Translations under genes and position numbers: made by a program
Source: Elusimicrobiota bacterium
GTDB taxonomy: Bacteria > Elusimicrobiota > Elusimicrobia > Elusimicrobiales > UBA9959
Direction: 5' to 3'
Assembly (NCBI GenBank): GCA_037137395.1
Contig: JBAXKK010000014.1
Coordinates: forward strand, 1 to 40,002
DNA: 40,002 bases
The notes under the pieces: model-generated
What the model was told of the DNA's origin: nothing
Databases searched by the model: none
The model's input: the letters and a program-made list of their open reading frames with translations, nothing else
Shown: piece after piece, positions 10,782-21,223 of the stretch
Numbering within the stretch: the stretch's first letter is position 1
How the letters are laid out: each line of letters begins with the position of its first letter

Positions 10782-11389
10782 AGCTTTTTCTTGAGTTCAT
10801 CCACTTCGGCGCGCAGAACTTTTATTTCCTCACCACAGACGTCAAAAAGTTTATTATGATCAAGTTGGGCCGCTTCCCCGATACCGCCGTCCCTGGCCTT
10901 GGCGGGAATACCGAAAACAGTGGTATCGCGGGGGACATCTTTCAGCACCACCGAGCCCGCGCCGATACGGGCGTGATCTCCGATGACGATGGCTCCCAAA
11001 ACTATAGCCCCTGCTCCTATCACTACATTGTTACCTATGGTTGGATGTCTTTTCTTTTTCTCCAGAGAGGTGCCGCCCATTACCACTCCCTGATACATCA
11101 GCACATCGTCCCCTATCTCAGTCGTCTCGCCTATAACAACCCCCATGCCGTGATCTATGAAAAAGCGTCTGCCGATCGTAGCGCCGGGGTGTATCTCAAT
11201 ACCCGTCAGAGCACGGCCAATCTGAGAGAGAAGCCGCGCCGGCAACCGTAGTCCCAGTGTCCAGAGGCGGTGCGAAACGCGGTGCAGCCATACCGCGTGA
11301 AGGCCGGGATAACAGGTAAGCACCTCCAGGAAGCTGCGCGCTGCGGGGTCCTCAGTGAATACCGTCTGAATGTCTTCAATTATACGCAT
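10772..11389 (-). CDS. cysE: Serine O-acetyltransferase
   Basis: [35 protein letters not shown] hexapeptide repeats; adjacent to cysK. Confidence 0.96.
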   Translation of the reverse strand: MRIIEDIQTVFTEDPAARSFLEVLTCYPGLHAVWLHRVSHRLWTLGLRLPARLLSQIGRALTGIEIHPGATIGRRFFIDHGMGVVIGETTEIGDDVLMYQGVVMGGTSLEKKKRHPTIGNNVVIGAGAIVLGAIVIGDHARIGAGSVVLKDVPRDTTVFGIPAKARDGGIGEAAQLDHNKLFDVCGEEIKVLRAEVDELKKKLAN

Positions 11390-11394
11390 GGTTT

Positions 11395-11931
11395 TTATTT
11401 CTTTTTGTAAATACCGGTTAGCGCGGCCTTGGCTAGAGTATGGTCCTTAAGAAATTCATCAAGCGGAGCCGGGGCGTCGTTAAATCTGGCAATATCTAAG
11501 GCGTATAGCGTAAAAACGTAGCGGTAAGAAGCTCCTGAAGGCGGACAGGGTCCGGAGTAGCCTGAAGTCGTAAAGTCATTCTTAAGTTCCCTGGAATTGG
11601 GCGGGAATTTGGTGTTTCTCTCAACCCCGCTTATCGTAGCCGGGATATCTACAACCGCCCAATGAAGAAAATCGCCGCTTGCCGAGTCCGGGGATCGCAT
11701 GGTCAGGATAAAGCTCTTCACGCCTGAAGGGACGCCGCTCCACTTCAGGGCCGGAGAAATATTAATTCCATCGCAAGCAAAGGCCCGCGGCATAATATTA
11801 TTATCCCTGAAATCAGCGGAGGACAGAACAAACTCCGCCTCAGGTCCGGCGGGGGGCGGGACCGCATGTTTGTAAAGGCCGCAGGCTCCCAGAAAAAACA
11901 GGATGAAAACAGGAATGATATTGTTTTTCAC
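11395..11931 (-). CDS. YbhB/YbcL (PEBP/Raf kinase inhibitor-like) lipoprotein
   Basis: Lipobox LGAC; '[12 protein letters not shown]', 'FLHW', 'YSGPCPP', 'YVFTLYALD'; GTG start with GGAG RBS. Confidence 0.88.
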   Translation of the reverse strand: MKNNIIPVFILFFLGACGLYKHAVPPPAGPEAEFVLSSADFRDNNIMPRAFACDGINISPALKWSGVPSGVKSFILTMRSPDSASGDFLHWAVVDIPATISGVERNTKFPPNSRELKNDFTTSGYSGPCPPSGASYRYVFTLYALDIARFNDAPAPLDEFLKDHTLAKAALTGIYKKK

Positions 11932-12033
11932 ACCTACTCCTTATGTGAACAGCAAGGTTAGTTTGATGCGACAAAATTATTATATAATTTTTACATAGGG
12001 CGAATTGCTAAATTACCCAAGAGGTGAACTCTA

Positions 12034-12978
12034 ATGACCAAAAAGGATTTTTTAAGAGTCGCGGATTATACCAAAGACGAGATTAAAGAGATTTTTGATC
12101 TGACCGGGAAGATAAAGACCCGCCAGAAAAAGGGCGATCCCGCCAAACCGCTTGAAGGCAAAACGCTGGGGATGATATTCCAGAAATCCTCCACCAGGAC
12201 CCGCGTGTCTTTTGAGGTCGGCATGTACCAACTGGGCGGCTACCCGCTGTTCCTCAGCGCCAACGACCTCCAGCTCAAGCGCGGCGAGACCATAGCCGAT
12301 ACCGCAAAAGTCCTCTCCCGCATGCTCGACGCCATCATGATCAGAACCTACGCGCACAGCGAAGTGGAAGAGCTGGCAAAGCACGCCACCATCCCCGTGA
12401 TCAACGGGCTTACCGACTCCCATCATCCATGCCAGATCATGGCCGACATCTATACCATCATGGAACACAAAAAAAGCGTAAAAGGTCTGACCGTGGCCTG
12501 GGTCGGAGACGGCAACAACGTGCTCCACTCCTGGATCGAAGGCGCCCCGCTCACCGGCATGAATCTCCGGATGGCGGTTCCCCCCGGCTACGAACCGGAC
12601 AAGGATATATTAAAATTCGGCGTGGAACTCGCAAAAAAGGAAGGCACGCAGATGCTTCTGACCAACGACCCTGTTGAGGCCGTGAAAGGCGCGGATGTAA
12701 TCTATACGGATGTCTGGGTCAGCATGGGCCAGGACGCGGAAAAAGAAAAGAAGCTTCGCGATTTTAAAGGGTTCCAGATAAACGGCGACCTGATGAAGCA
12801 CGCCGACAAGGATTATGTCTTCATGCACTGCCTGCCCGCGCACCGCGGCGAGGAAGTGTCGGAGGAAATAATAGACGGGCCTCACTCTATAATTTTCGAC
12901 GAGGCTGAAAACCGCATGCATGTGCAGAAGGCTATACTTGTCGCGCACATGCTGAGGGGTAAAGCTGTAAAGATCTGA
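12034..12978 (+). CDS. argF: Ornithine carbamoyltransferase
   Basis: [26 protein letters not shown] motifs. Confidence 0.96.
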   Translation: MTKKDFLRVADYTKDEIKEIFDLTGKIKTRQKKGDPAKPLEGKTLGMIFQKSSTRTRVSFEVGMYQLGGYPLFLSANDLQLKRGETIADTAKVLSRMLDAIMIRTYAHSEVEELAKHATIPVINGLTDSHHPCQIMADIYTIMEHKKSVKGLTVAWVGDGNNVLHSWIEGAPLTGMNLRMAVPPGYEPDKDILKFGVELAKKEGTQMLLTNDPVEAVKGADVIYTDVWVSMGQDAEKEKKLRDFKGFQINGDLMKHADKDYVFMHCLPAHRGEEVSEEIIDGPHSIIFDEAENRMHVQKAILVAHMLRGKAVKI

Positions 12979-12996
12979 TTCCCTCTTAAAAATGAC

Positions 12997-13031
12997 AAAA
13001 AGGCCGGTCGCGTAAAGCGGCCGGCCTTTTT
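12997..13031. terminator. Bidirectional intrinsic terminator
   Basis: AAAAAGGCCGGTCGC-GTAAA-GCGGCCGGCCTTTTT. Confidence 0.88.
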
Positions 13032-13040
13032 ATTATGGAG

Positions 13041-14030
13041 TTATTTAAGCCTGAAGATGTCCAGGACCCCATCCGCCAACTTGAAACCGACAGTGCGGTC
13101 TAATTCAGGGTAGATCACGCCGGAAGGCGTTATATCAGAAGACTCAAGCAGATAAGACTTGGCCCCCATTTCCACCGGGAAGGGCAGCAGGATCACCCGT
13201 TGTTTATCAGAGAATTTAGCGTCAGACTTGCCCTGCGCCAAAACCTCGTCCCCGTATACAAGTTTATATAACCTGCCCAGTTTAACATCCGCGCCTTTAC
13301 TTGCAACTACCTCACTTAGATTCATCAGGGTAGACTCCAGCACCTTATTGTTACCGCTTTTTATCTCAAGGCGGCTATTTTCAGGTGAGCCGGGGTTTAC
13401 ATAAACCTTGGTCATGAATTGTTCCCCGTTGATATCCACGGTCTTTGAGCCGTGCATTATAATCCCGTAATTGGCCACATCCATTACCCTTATAAAACTG
13501 GACTCGCCATTGGCGGATGTAAGGATGATGAAAATTTTTTCCTTATCATCGCACTTAGCGGCCCCCCCGGGGCAGTTGGAAGATTTATTACCGCTTAAAT
13601 GAATAACCGCGCCTTTAGCTGTCTTGAATTTCAAATCGGAGTAGAGATACCTGTTAAGCATCTCTGTAACCTTCAGCGAATAGAGCGTCTCGCCGACGGC
13701 AGATTCTGAAACCGGAGAAAGCGACTTGGAGTATCCTGTATCTATGGGTGAGGATTCGGGACTCTTGTACATATTGTCCAGATATTTAAAAAACTCATCG
13801 GCCTGCTCTTTATCGCCGCCGACATCAACCGCCTGCGGAGCAGGAAGCTCCGGGGCGGAATCCGCGCTTACGCTCCCGAACTCTTCCGAACTGAGAGTCT
13901 CCAGCGCGGAAATATCCCGCGGCGCGTCCCTGAAATCCGGCGCTCTATTGCCGGTGAACCTGTGCCCGGAAACGAACCACGCCACCGGTATCATAAGTAA
14001 TATTGCAGCCAAACCGGTTCTGGTTTTCAT
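13041..14030 (-). CDS. Hypothetical exported/membrane-anchored protein
   Basis: N-terminal hydrophobic segment; GAGG RBS; consensus promoter upstream; no family recognised. Confidence 0.75.
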   Translation of the reverse strand: MKTRTGLAAILLMIPVAWFVSGHRFTGNRAPDFRDAPRDISALETLSSEEFGSVSADSAPELPAPQAVDVGGDKEQADEFFKYLDNMYKSPESSPIDTGYSKSLSPVSESAVGETLYSLKVTEMLNRYLYSDLKFKTAKGAVIHLSGNKSSNCPGGAAKCDDKEKIFIILTSANGESSFIRVMDVANYGIIMHGSKTVDINGEQFMTKVYVNPGSPENSRLEIKSGNNKVLESTLMNLSEVVASKGADVKLGRLYKLVYGDEVLAQGKSDAKFSDKQRVILLPFPVEMGAKSYLLESSDITPSGVIYPELDRTVGFKLADGVLDIFRLK

Positions 14031-14092
14031 AAGGATCCTCTCATAGTAACATTCGGCGTTTCATCCGCGCGCTGTAAAACGAACTTAAATAG

Positions 14093-14121
14093 AGTATACG
14101 GCGGCGGGATAATATTGTCAA
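14093..14121 (-). promoter_or_regulatory. Near-consensus sigma70 promoter
   Basis: Minus strand TTGACA-17 bp-TATACT upstream of 14030. Confidence 0.75.
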
Positions 14122-14224
14122 GAGTCTTTTGGATATTTTTTTGGGTATTATCGTTTAGATATCTTGTTCGTTATGGGTAGCGGCGCCGGCTGCGTTACTC
14201 AAATCATAACATAGCAGCAAGCTG

Positions 14225-15514
14225 CTAACGGTTGACCGACTTAAAACCTAAAAAGCAGAGCGCAAGTTCACAGGCGTTTGCCGGCCTGACCCCGGGATTT
14301 TCCTTTACCAGCCTTAACAGAGGCGCGAGAGAAAAAAATCTCAGGATCCCCGACAGGAGCAGCAAAGGGATAAACGAACTCCCCCCGAAAGACGGTAAGG
14401 CATCATAAAGCCACCCCCCGGTCATCGCGCCGCCGAATTGGGCAAGACCGCTTACAAAACAGAAATAGGCGTTAATCCCGGTCCGAAGTCTTGGCTCTGC
14501 CGCCTCATATATAAAATTATTAATCCCTATCAGGTACGCGCCCCAGATGATACCGGAATACACCTCAACAAGGGAGAGATACACGAAGCTACTGTTAAAA
14601 GTCCAGAGAATGGGTACCGTTGGGATAAGAAAAAACGCCGCTTTAAGTATCTTCACGCTGCCAAAAATATCGGCCATACGGCCCCAGCGCTTCATGAGAA
14701 GGTAGGTCATGAGCGGCCCTATCGTAGTTATTAAAGTGTACCGAAAATAGTCATATTTTAATTCGGCCAGCACATAAACGCTGAAGTACGGCGCCGTCAG
14801 ATAAGTGGCCGCAAGGAGCATGAACGCCGACATGAACATGGCTGAAACCCGGTTGTTGCGGTAATCAAGTATCCTCAGCAGGTCGGGGGTCACGCTTTTG
14901 GGCATATGAAAACTGGTCCCGGGCTCATACATTTTCCCGACATAATAAAAAGAAATTAGCCGGAAGACTGCCGCCAGGGAGAAAATGATGACAAAGCCGC
15001 GCAGACTCCCGGCACCGCACAGGCTTAGAATACCGGAGGCCGCAAAACTTCCAGCGAAAAAGGTAAAACCTACCAGTTGCGAACGGACACCAAAAAATTC
15101 CCCCCGCTTTGACGCCGGGATATACTCGCCCATTAACGCGGCCCAGGGCGGGCCGGACATCGCGCCGCTAAGGGTGTACAGAGTGACGGTAATAATAAAA
15201 AAATACAGCCCATAAGGCAGGGGCAGAAACGCGCTGACAGCTCCGGCGCCGGCGGCCACGGCCTGAACCAGGACATCGGCCAATATCGCCCGGCGGCAGC
15301 TCCCCAGCCGCGCCACAAACCGCTCATTAACTATCTGGGAAAGGGAGCCGATAAGGGCGGGCACGGAACGCAGGAAGCCTATGGCGGGCATGGACGCCCC
15401 AAGCGCCATGGCAAAAGGGACGATATACGGTTCAACAAAACCCGTCATAAGGGCCCAGAATCCCCCGTCTTTCACCGATGCCTGAACGCTGCGCCTTGCA
15501 TATTCTCTTCGCAT
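14225..15514 (-). CDS. MFS transporter
   Basis: About 12 TM segments; 'IPASKRGEFFG' and 'WGRMADIFG' MFS loop motifs. Confidence 0.88.
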   Translation of the reverse strand: MRREYARRSVQASVKDGGFWALMTGFVEPYIVPFAMALGASMPAIGFLRSVPALIGSLSQIVNERFVARLGSCRRAILADVLVQAVAAGAGAVSAFLPLPYGLYFFIITVTLYTLSGAMSGPPWAALMGEYIPASKRGEFFGVRSQLVGFTFFAGSFAASGILSLCGAGSLRGFVIIFSLAAVFRLISFYYVGKMYEPGTSFHMPKSVTPDLLRILDYRNNRVSAMFMSAFMLLAATYLTAPYFSVYVLAELKYDYFRYTLITTIGPLMTYLLMKRWGRMADIFGSVKILKAAFFLIPTVPILWTFNSSFVYLSLVEVYSGIIWGAYLIGINNFIYEAAEPRLRTGINAYFCFVSGLAQFGGAMTGGWLYDALPSFGGSSFIPLLLLSGILRFFSLAPLLRLVKENPGVRPANACELALCFLGFKSVNR

Positions 15515-15599
15515 GATATAAATCAGTATATAAAGTAATAAGGTAGAAAGTTATGCTTTCATGAACTACAGCCATGAGGTAATTCATTAACGAAAATGG

Positions 15600-15633
15600 A
15601 ACAGGCCGGATACGGAAAGTATCCCGGCCTGTT
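15600..15633 (-). terminator. Probable terminator hairpin after the PAS protein gene
   Basis: AACAGGCCGGATAC-GGAAA-GTATCCCGGCCTGTT. Confidence 0.6.
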
Positions 15634-15658
15634 TCCCACTGAGAATAGCGGCACTAAG

Positions 15659-17026
15659 TTATTTCTTTTTGGAGGATTTAAACCAGTCCTCCTTGCCGTA
15701 CAACTCCTTTGCGCATTTTTCACAGATGCCGTGCGTGAACCTGGCGTCGGACCGTTTCTCTATATAAGTTTCCACCTGCTCCCGATATCCCTTGTCATTG
15801 CGGATGTTTTTGCATCTGGCGCATATTGGCACCAGGCCCTGTAAAGTTTTCAGTTCACGCGTCGCGTCTTCAAGCTTCAATCGTTCGGAAATATCCCTGG
15901 CCGCGGAAAGCAGGAATTCCCTCTCTCCAACCCGTACGAAAGTGACATTGACCTCAACCGGAAAAACAGAGCCGTCACGCCGCTTATGACCGCCAGTAAA
16001 AAGAATTGAACCTTTTACGCGCGCCTTTTTCACAAAAGCTTCCCACTCTTTACTGTCCGCGATTTTAACCTGCACTTCAAAAATCCGCATCCGCAACAGG
16101 GCTCTACGCGAATACCCCAGCCGCCGGCAGGCCGTCTGGTTGAAATCCAGGAAAGAGCCGTCCTTGGGATCGACTACATAAAGGGCGTCGTTGGAGTTTT
16201 CCATAAGCGCCCGAAAAAGTTTCAGACTCGCGTTGGCTTTTTCAAGCTCGGTAAGATCGTGAATGACGCCTACCAATATATCGTTTGAATCCGCGTCCCT
16301 GAAAACGCGCTTAGTCGTCACAATTGTGTGAACTTTTCCGGCCGAATCTGTAAACAATTCCTCGTTCGTGTTTACCCTGCGGCCTTTAAAAACCAGCTCG
16401 TCCTTTTTCCAGAAGATCTCAGCCTGCTCTTTGGGGAAAAAGTCGTAATCGCTTTTCCCAAGCAGTCGCGCGCGCGGCTGCCCCATGAATGTGCAGTAAG
16501 CGTCATTTAGCATTATCCAACGGTGTTTGTGATCCTTGACAAATATCGGAGAGCCGATGGTATTGATGATATTCTCAAGCTTAAGCGCGACCGTTGAAAA
16601 GTTGTCCTGAGTTTTTTTAAGAAGGGTTATATCTTCCAGCAGCATTCCCAAACAGGCGTCAGGCAACGGGAAAACATTACATAAATACCACGCCCCCGGC
16701 CGGCCTTTTGATTCGTGAAAAAATTCATCTATCTTAAAACCGCGCCCGCTCCTGGCCACATCGACATATTTTTTGAGCAATCCCCGTTTGACCAGGTCCG
16801 GGAAAATATTATTAATGGAGCGGCCCTTCATTCCGGCTGCTTTTATGCCAACTATGGCCTCCCCGGCCGGATTTACTTTTATCAGCCGCAGGCCGTCGGC
16901 ATTGCGCCGGTTTTCCAACCTGTAAATATACAGGCCCATTTTGCTGGCATTGCACACCATCTCATAAAGACCGGCCGGAACCGGCAGAGTCTTGCCGGAA
17001 TTAGCGCCTCGCAGATTTTTTTGCAT
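15659..17026 (-). CDS. Multi-PAS sensor protein with C-terminal CxxC...HGICxxC putative metal-binding domain
   Basis: Three PAS-like repeats; C-terminus 'VPICARCKNIRNDKGY...FTHGICEKC'; start 17026 follows a G-rich RBS (ORF open to 17083). Confidence 0.82.
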   Translation of the reverse strand: MQKNLRGANSGKTLPVPAGLYEMVCNASKMGLYIYRLENRRNADGLRLIKVNPAGEAIVGIKAAGMKGRSINNIFPDLVKRGLLKKYVDVARSGRGFKIDEFFHESKGRPGAWYLCNVFPLPDACLGMLLEDITLLKKTQDNFSTVALKLENIINTIGSPIFVKDHKHRWIMLNDAYCTFMGQPRARLLGKSDYDFFPKEQAEIFWKKDELVFKGRRVNTNEELFTDSAGKVHTIVTTKRVFRDADSNDILVGVIHDLTELEKANASLKLFRALMENSNDALYVVDPKDGSFLDFNQTACRRLGYSRRALLRMRIFEVQVKIADSKEWEAFVKKARVKGSILFTGGHKRRDGSVFPVEVNVTFVRVGEREFLLSAARDISERLKLEDATRELKTLQGLVPICARCKNIRNDKGYREQVETYIEKRSDARFTHGICEKCAKELYGKEDWFKSSKKK

Positions 17027-17154
17027 ATCCCCCCCCGTTCTGACCACTGACTTTATTGTATATTTGGAAGACTCACAGTTCAAGTTAAATTTGCATCAGG
17101 GCCGCCGCACCGATTTATAAAAGGGAAGTCCAAATAGCCTGCCGCATCGGGAAC

Positions 17155-17186
17155 AAAAATACCCGTCCGTCAAGGTCGGGTATTTT
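17155..17186 (-). terminator. Intrinsic terminator after the response regulator
   Basis: AAAATACCCG...CGGGTATTTT inverted repeat. Confidence 0.7.
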
Positions 17187-17204
17187 GCAAAGCAGACGCG
17201 GATA

Positions 17205-17642
17205 TTACTCCTGTTTTTTAGGACTTTTTTTCTTCACTCTCCACGGCCTGTCTCCCCGTGTATCGTGATGTTCCTTCTGCTCGCTGCCCATTATGGCATT
17301 CACGACTATATCCCTAATTTTCTGTATCTCAAATGGTTTGGTCAGATAGCCGGACGCGCCCATCTTAAGGGTCTTAAGCGCCACATCAAGGTCCTCTTCG
17401 CCGGTCAGCATCCAGATAACGGGGCTGAGGCCCGCATCCTTCACCATCCGCAGAACATCCAAGCCGGACAGGCCTGGCATCTTGATATCTAGAAAAACCA
17501 GCGCGGGGCGCTCTCGTTTTATTATTTCAAGGGCGTCCATACCTTCCGCCGTAGTAAATACCTGGTAGGAGCGCGAAAAAGCCTCTTTAATGACAAACCG
17601 CACGCTCTCTTCGTCATCGACTATCAAAATTTTGTGCTGCAT
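17205..17642 (-). CDS. Stand-alone response regulator (receiver domain)
   Basis: ILIVDDE, FLDIKMP, LTG, YLTKPF. Confidence 0.93.
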   Translation of the reverse strand: MQHKILIVDDEESVRFVIKEAFSRSYQVFTTAEGMDALEIIKRERPALVFLDIKMPGLSGLDVLRMVKDAGLSPVIWMLTGEEDLDVALKTLKMGASGYLTKPFEIQKIRDIVVNAIMGSEQKEHHDTRGDRPWRVKKKSPKKQE

Positions 17643-17782
17643 TTCTCCCTCGCGTGTAAAGTCCAGAATGTGTTTTATAAAATCTGTAATTTAGTCACAA
17701 TTTATGCCCTGCAGACCAGTTGAAAAAGGGGTTATCCCCCGATATATTGTGTTAAGCAAATATGGGGGATAACCTTAAATAT

Positions 17783-17811
17783 AGTATACAAGAACTCCGT
17801 ATTACCGGCAA
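17783..17811 (-). promoter_or_regulatory. Sigma70 promoter upstream of the response regulator leader
   Basis: Minus strand TTGCCG-17 bp-TATACT. Confidence 0.6.
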
Positions 17812-17895
17812 GGGCATTTTTTGCGGCCGGCCGGGGCCGCCATTTCGACATAAAAAATGCCGCCAGACGCGTAGGTGCAATGACACGCGCTCAGG

Positions 17896-19251
17896 TTAAT
17901 CCTTGAGTATGTTTATTGATCGCCAGCGTCCGGCGTTGAACCTTAGCCCGAAAACAGCGGCCAGAAGAATCATGTAGATCAGGGCCCACATCCAGACAGC
18001 CATGAGCCCAGAGTGAGTTATGTTCACCAGGTAATAAATGCCGGGCACGAATAAAAGCCAGGCCATGGCGCTTCCGGTTATCATCTGGAACCGCGTGTCA
18101 CCGGCCCCCCTGAGGGCATCCACGAATACTATGCCTATGGCGTCGAAAAGAATGAAGAAAGCCAGTACTTTCATAAGCGGGCGGCTCGCAGCGAGGATAG
18201 GAGCGAATTCAGCCGAATCCGGACTGCCGAAAATATTAACAAAAAAACCCGGGAAAGCGAAAAATAAAAAACCTATGGCCAACACATACAAGACCGCCAG
18301 TTTGACGGCGTTCCAGGTCACTTTTACCGAGATATCCGGCCGCTTTTTTCCGATATAACGTCCAACCAGCGTGAGATTGGCCAAGCCAAGGCCTATAACC
18401 GGCATGAAGGCTATCATATTGATGGAAGCTATGATATTATTAGCCGCGAGCGAATACTTGTCCATATTTCCCACCATAAAAATGAAAACGCCGAATGACG
18501 CGATATCCAGAAAAAACCCCACACCGTTAGGCGCGCCGAATTTTATCAGCCTTTTAAAAAGACCCCGGTGCACGCCAACCAGCCGCGTGGTGCGATAAAC
18601 CCGGCGGTTCTCATCGGAAAATATGATGGCCAGATAAATAGCCATAACGCAGGCCTGGCCTATTACCGCCGCCCAGGCCGCGCCTCTTATTCCAAGTTCC
18701 GGCGCCGGGCCGTTTCCAAAAATGAGCAGCCAGGATAGCAGAACGCAAACGGCGTTGCCGGCCATATTGGCGGCCATAGTTACCTTAGTGCGCCCGCGTC
18801 CGGTGAAAAAAGCGGCGAGGGCGGTATTCACTACGACCAGCACACCGCCGCCATTTAATATGGTGAAGTACTGTTTTTCCAGTAGTTTCACTGAGGCGGG
18901 ATGACCGGAAGCGTCTATCAGATAAAGCCCGGCCGGAGTCAGCGCCAGGAGAATCAGGCCGGAGATAAGCCCCAGCCAAACTCCCTGCCATACGGCAACA
19001 GTGACGCTGGCGGCCTTCCCCTTTCCGTGATACTGGGAAACAAAAGCGTTGGTGTAGGAGGCTGTACCCATGAAAAAACAAATCAGGGTAAAGCTCAGGA
19101 TACCGGCGGGAACGCAGGCGGCCAGAGTATCGGCGCTGTATCGGGACAGGAAAATACGGCTGATGAACTGCATTACGGTGTGCGAGGCGGTGGAAAGAAC
19201 AAGAGGATAAGCGACGCCTAAAAGCTCGCCTATCCCCCCTTCCTCTTTCAC
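17896..19251 (-). CDS. MATE family efflux transporter
   Basis: About 12 TM segments; 'LLIFGNGPAPELGIRGAAWA', 'ALRGAGDTRF'. Confidence 0.92.
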   Translation of the reverse strand: MKEEGGIGELLGVAYPLVLSTASHTVMQFISRIFLSRYSADTLAACVPAGILSFTLICFFMGTASYTNAFVSQYHGKGKAASVTVAVWQGVWLGLISGLILLALTPAGLYLIDASGHPASVKLLEKQYFTILNGGGVLVVVNTALAAFFTGRGRTKVTMAANMAGNAVCVLLSWLLIFGNGPAPELGIRGAAWAAVIGQACVMAIYLAIIFSDENRRVYRTTRLVGVHRGLFKRLIKFGAPNGVGFFLDIASFGVFIFMVGNMDKYSLAANNIIASINMIAFMPVIGLGLANLTLVGRYIGKKRPDISVKVTWNAVKLAVLYVLAIGFLFFAFPGFFVNIFGSPDSAEFAPILAASRPLMKVLAFFILFDAIGIVFVDALRGAGDTRFQMITGSAMAWLLFVPGIYYLVNITHSGLMAVWMWALIYMILLAAVFGLRFNAGRWRSINILKD

Positions 19252-19270
19252 TAAAAGTTTCGATCCAGGC

Positions 19271-21109
19271 TTAGACGTATTCCTTCTCGCCTCTCTTGCG
19301 TAATGAATGATCCAGCACTTTTTTGCGCAGGCGCAGTGATTTAGGAGTCACTTCCACGAACTCATCTTCTTCCACATACTCTATAGCCTGCTCAAGGCTC
19401 ATATTGAGCGGCGGCGTAAGGGTTATAGACATATCGGAAGTGGAAGAGCGCATATTAGTCTGCTTCTTCTCCTTACAGGGATTCACCACGAGATCGTTGG
19501 ACCGGCAATGCTCGCCCACAACCTGGCCAGAGTAGACGTCCTGGTTTGGGTTCACGAACATGATGCCATGATCCTGAAGTCCGTTAAGCGCGTAACCGGC
19601 GGTCTTTCCCGACTCTTTGGCGATGAACACGCCGTTACGCTTCGGGGGTTGGAACCCGCCCTCGGGCATAAAGCCGTGGAAGTTATGATGCATCAGACCG
19701 GAACCCTTGGTCAATGTCATAAACTCGGATTTGAAGCCGATAAGCGCTCTCGAGGAAACGACATATTCAAAGCGTACGCGTCCGTCGTCACAGACCTTCA
19801 TGTCTTTCATCTGTGCGCCTCTGCGGCCCAGCGCCTCCATCGTGACGCCCTGGAACTCGGTGGGGGCGTCCGCTATCAGGTATTCCACCGGCTCCACGGT
19901 TACGCCGTTCTCCTGATGCGTGATGACAGCCATCTTGGAAACGCAAAGTTCATACCCTTCCCGGCGCATAGTTTCGATAAGTATGGAGAGATGCAGTTCG
20001 CCGCGGCCTGAAACCTTAAAACCGGCCTGACCGGGGATGTCTTCCACTTTAAGACCCACATTTATCTGCTGCTCGCGGTAAAGCCTCTCGCGGAGCTGCG
20101 TGATGGTCACGAATTTTCCGTCCCGGCCGGAAAAAGGCCCGTCGTTGGCGTAAAACTCCATGGAAAGAGTCGGCAGTTCTATCTCAAGCCCCGGCAGGAC
20201 ACCGGGATCCGCAGCGCTTGAAACAGTGTCTCCGACTTCTATGCCCTCGAGACCGGCCATGGCCACGATATCTCCCGAACGCGCCGTCTGCACAGGCACA
20301 CGCGTAAGACCCTTGAACCCCATGAGCTGTACCACCTTGCGCGTGACCGGTTTAGATATAGGCGAAGCAAGTGATATCATAGCTCCCGTGGAAATCGTGC
20401 CCTGAAAAATACGTCCTATGCCTATGCGCCCGGTGTAGGAACTGTAATCCAGCATAGTCACCAGCATCCGCAGCGGTTCGGAATCCTTGTCCAGCGGGCC
20501 GGGCACATACTTTATGATGGTCTCAAAAAGATAAGATAGGTCATTTGTCTTGATCTTATAGTCCTTAGAGGCCCAACCGTCGCGGCCCACGGCGTAAACG
20601 GTAGGGAAATCCAACTGGTAATCGCTGGCGCCCAGCTCCATAAAAAGCGAAAAGACCTTATCCAGCGTGGCGTGCGGATCGCAATTGGGCCGGTCCACCT
20701 TGTTTACAACTACGATGGGCCTTATGCCCAGAGCCAGAGCTTTCTTAAGCACGAAGCGGGTCTGAGGCATTGGCCCGTCCAGCGCGTCCACCAGCAGCAG
20801 GACGCCGTCCACCATGCGCAGCACGCGCTCAACCTCGCTGCCGAAGTCGGCGTGGCCGGGCGTATCCACTATATGAATAGCCGTATCTTTGTATTTGACC
20901 GCGGTATTTTTTGAAAGGATGGTGATGCCGCGCTCGCGTTCCAGATCGTTGGAGTCCATGATACACTCGCGCGCCTCGCCGCTTTTGTCCTTAAAAGCGC
21001 CCGTCTGCCTGAGCATTGCGTCCAGCATGGTAGTCTTACCGTGGTCGACGTGGGCGATGATGGCGATGTTCCGCAGGTCTTGCCTGCGCTTTGCGTTATC
21101 TTGTTGCAT
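19271..21109 (-). CDS. typA: Translational GTPase TypA/BipA
   Basis: [52 protein letters not shown]. Confidence 0.97.
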   Translation of the reverse strand: MQQDNAKRRQDLRNIAIIAHVDHGKTTMLDAMLRQTGAFKDKSGEARECIMDSNDLERERGITILSKNTAVKYKDTAIHIVDTPGHADFGSEVERVLRMVDGVLLLVDALDGPMPQTRFVLKKALALGIRPIVVVNKVDRPNCDPHATLDKVFSLFMELGASDYQLDFPTVYAVGRDGWASKDYKIKTNDLSYLFETIIKYVPGPLDKDSEPLRMLVTMLDYSSYTGRIGIGRIFQGTISTGAMISLASPISKPVTRKVVQLMGFKGLTRVPVQTARSGDIVAMAGLEGIEVGDTVSSAADPGVLPGLEIELPTLSMEFYANDGPFSGRDGKFVTITQLRERLYREQQINVGLKVEDIPGQAGFKVSGRGELHLSILIETMRREGYELCVSKMAVITHQENGVTVEPVEYLIADAPTEFQGVTMEALGRRGAQMKDMKVCDDGRVRFEYVVSSRALIGFKSEFMTLTKGSGLMHHNFHGFMPEGGFQPPKRNGVFIAKESGKTAGYALNGLQDHGIMFVNPNQDVYSGQVVGEHCRSNDLVVNPCKEKKQTNMRSSTSDMSITLTPPLNMSLEQAIEYVEEDEFVEVTPKSLRLRKKVLDHSLRKRGEKEYV

Positions 21110-21150
21110 GTATTAGTGGTTCTCCTTAAAAATCAGCATAGATGTTATTG

Positions 21151-21223
21151 CAATAAGCCGTATGCTTTAGGCCATAAGCTTTTAAGGATTTTCCTTATAG
21201 CCTACGGCATATGGCTTATGGCT
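21151..21223. repeat. 7-bp-period inverted repeat array (copy 2)
   Basis: caataag-ccgtatg-ctttagg-ccataag ... cttatag-cctacgg-catatgg-cttatgg; overlaps the ABC-F stop codon. Confidence 0.7.
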
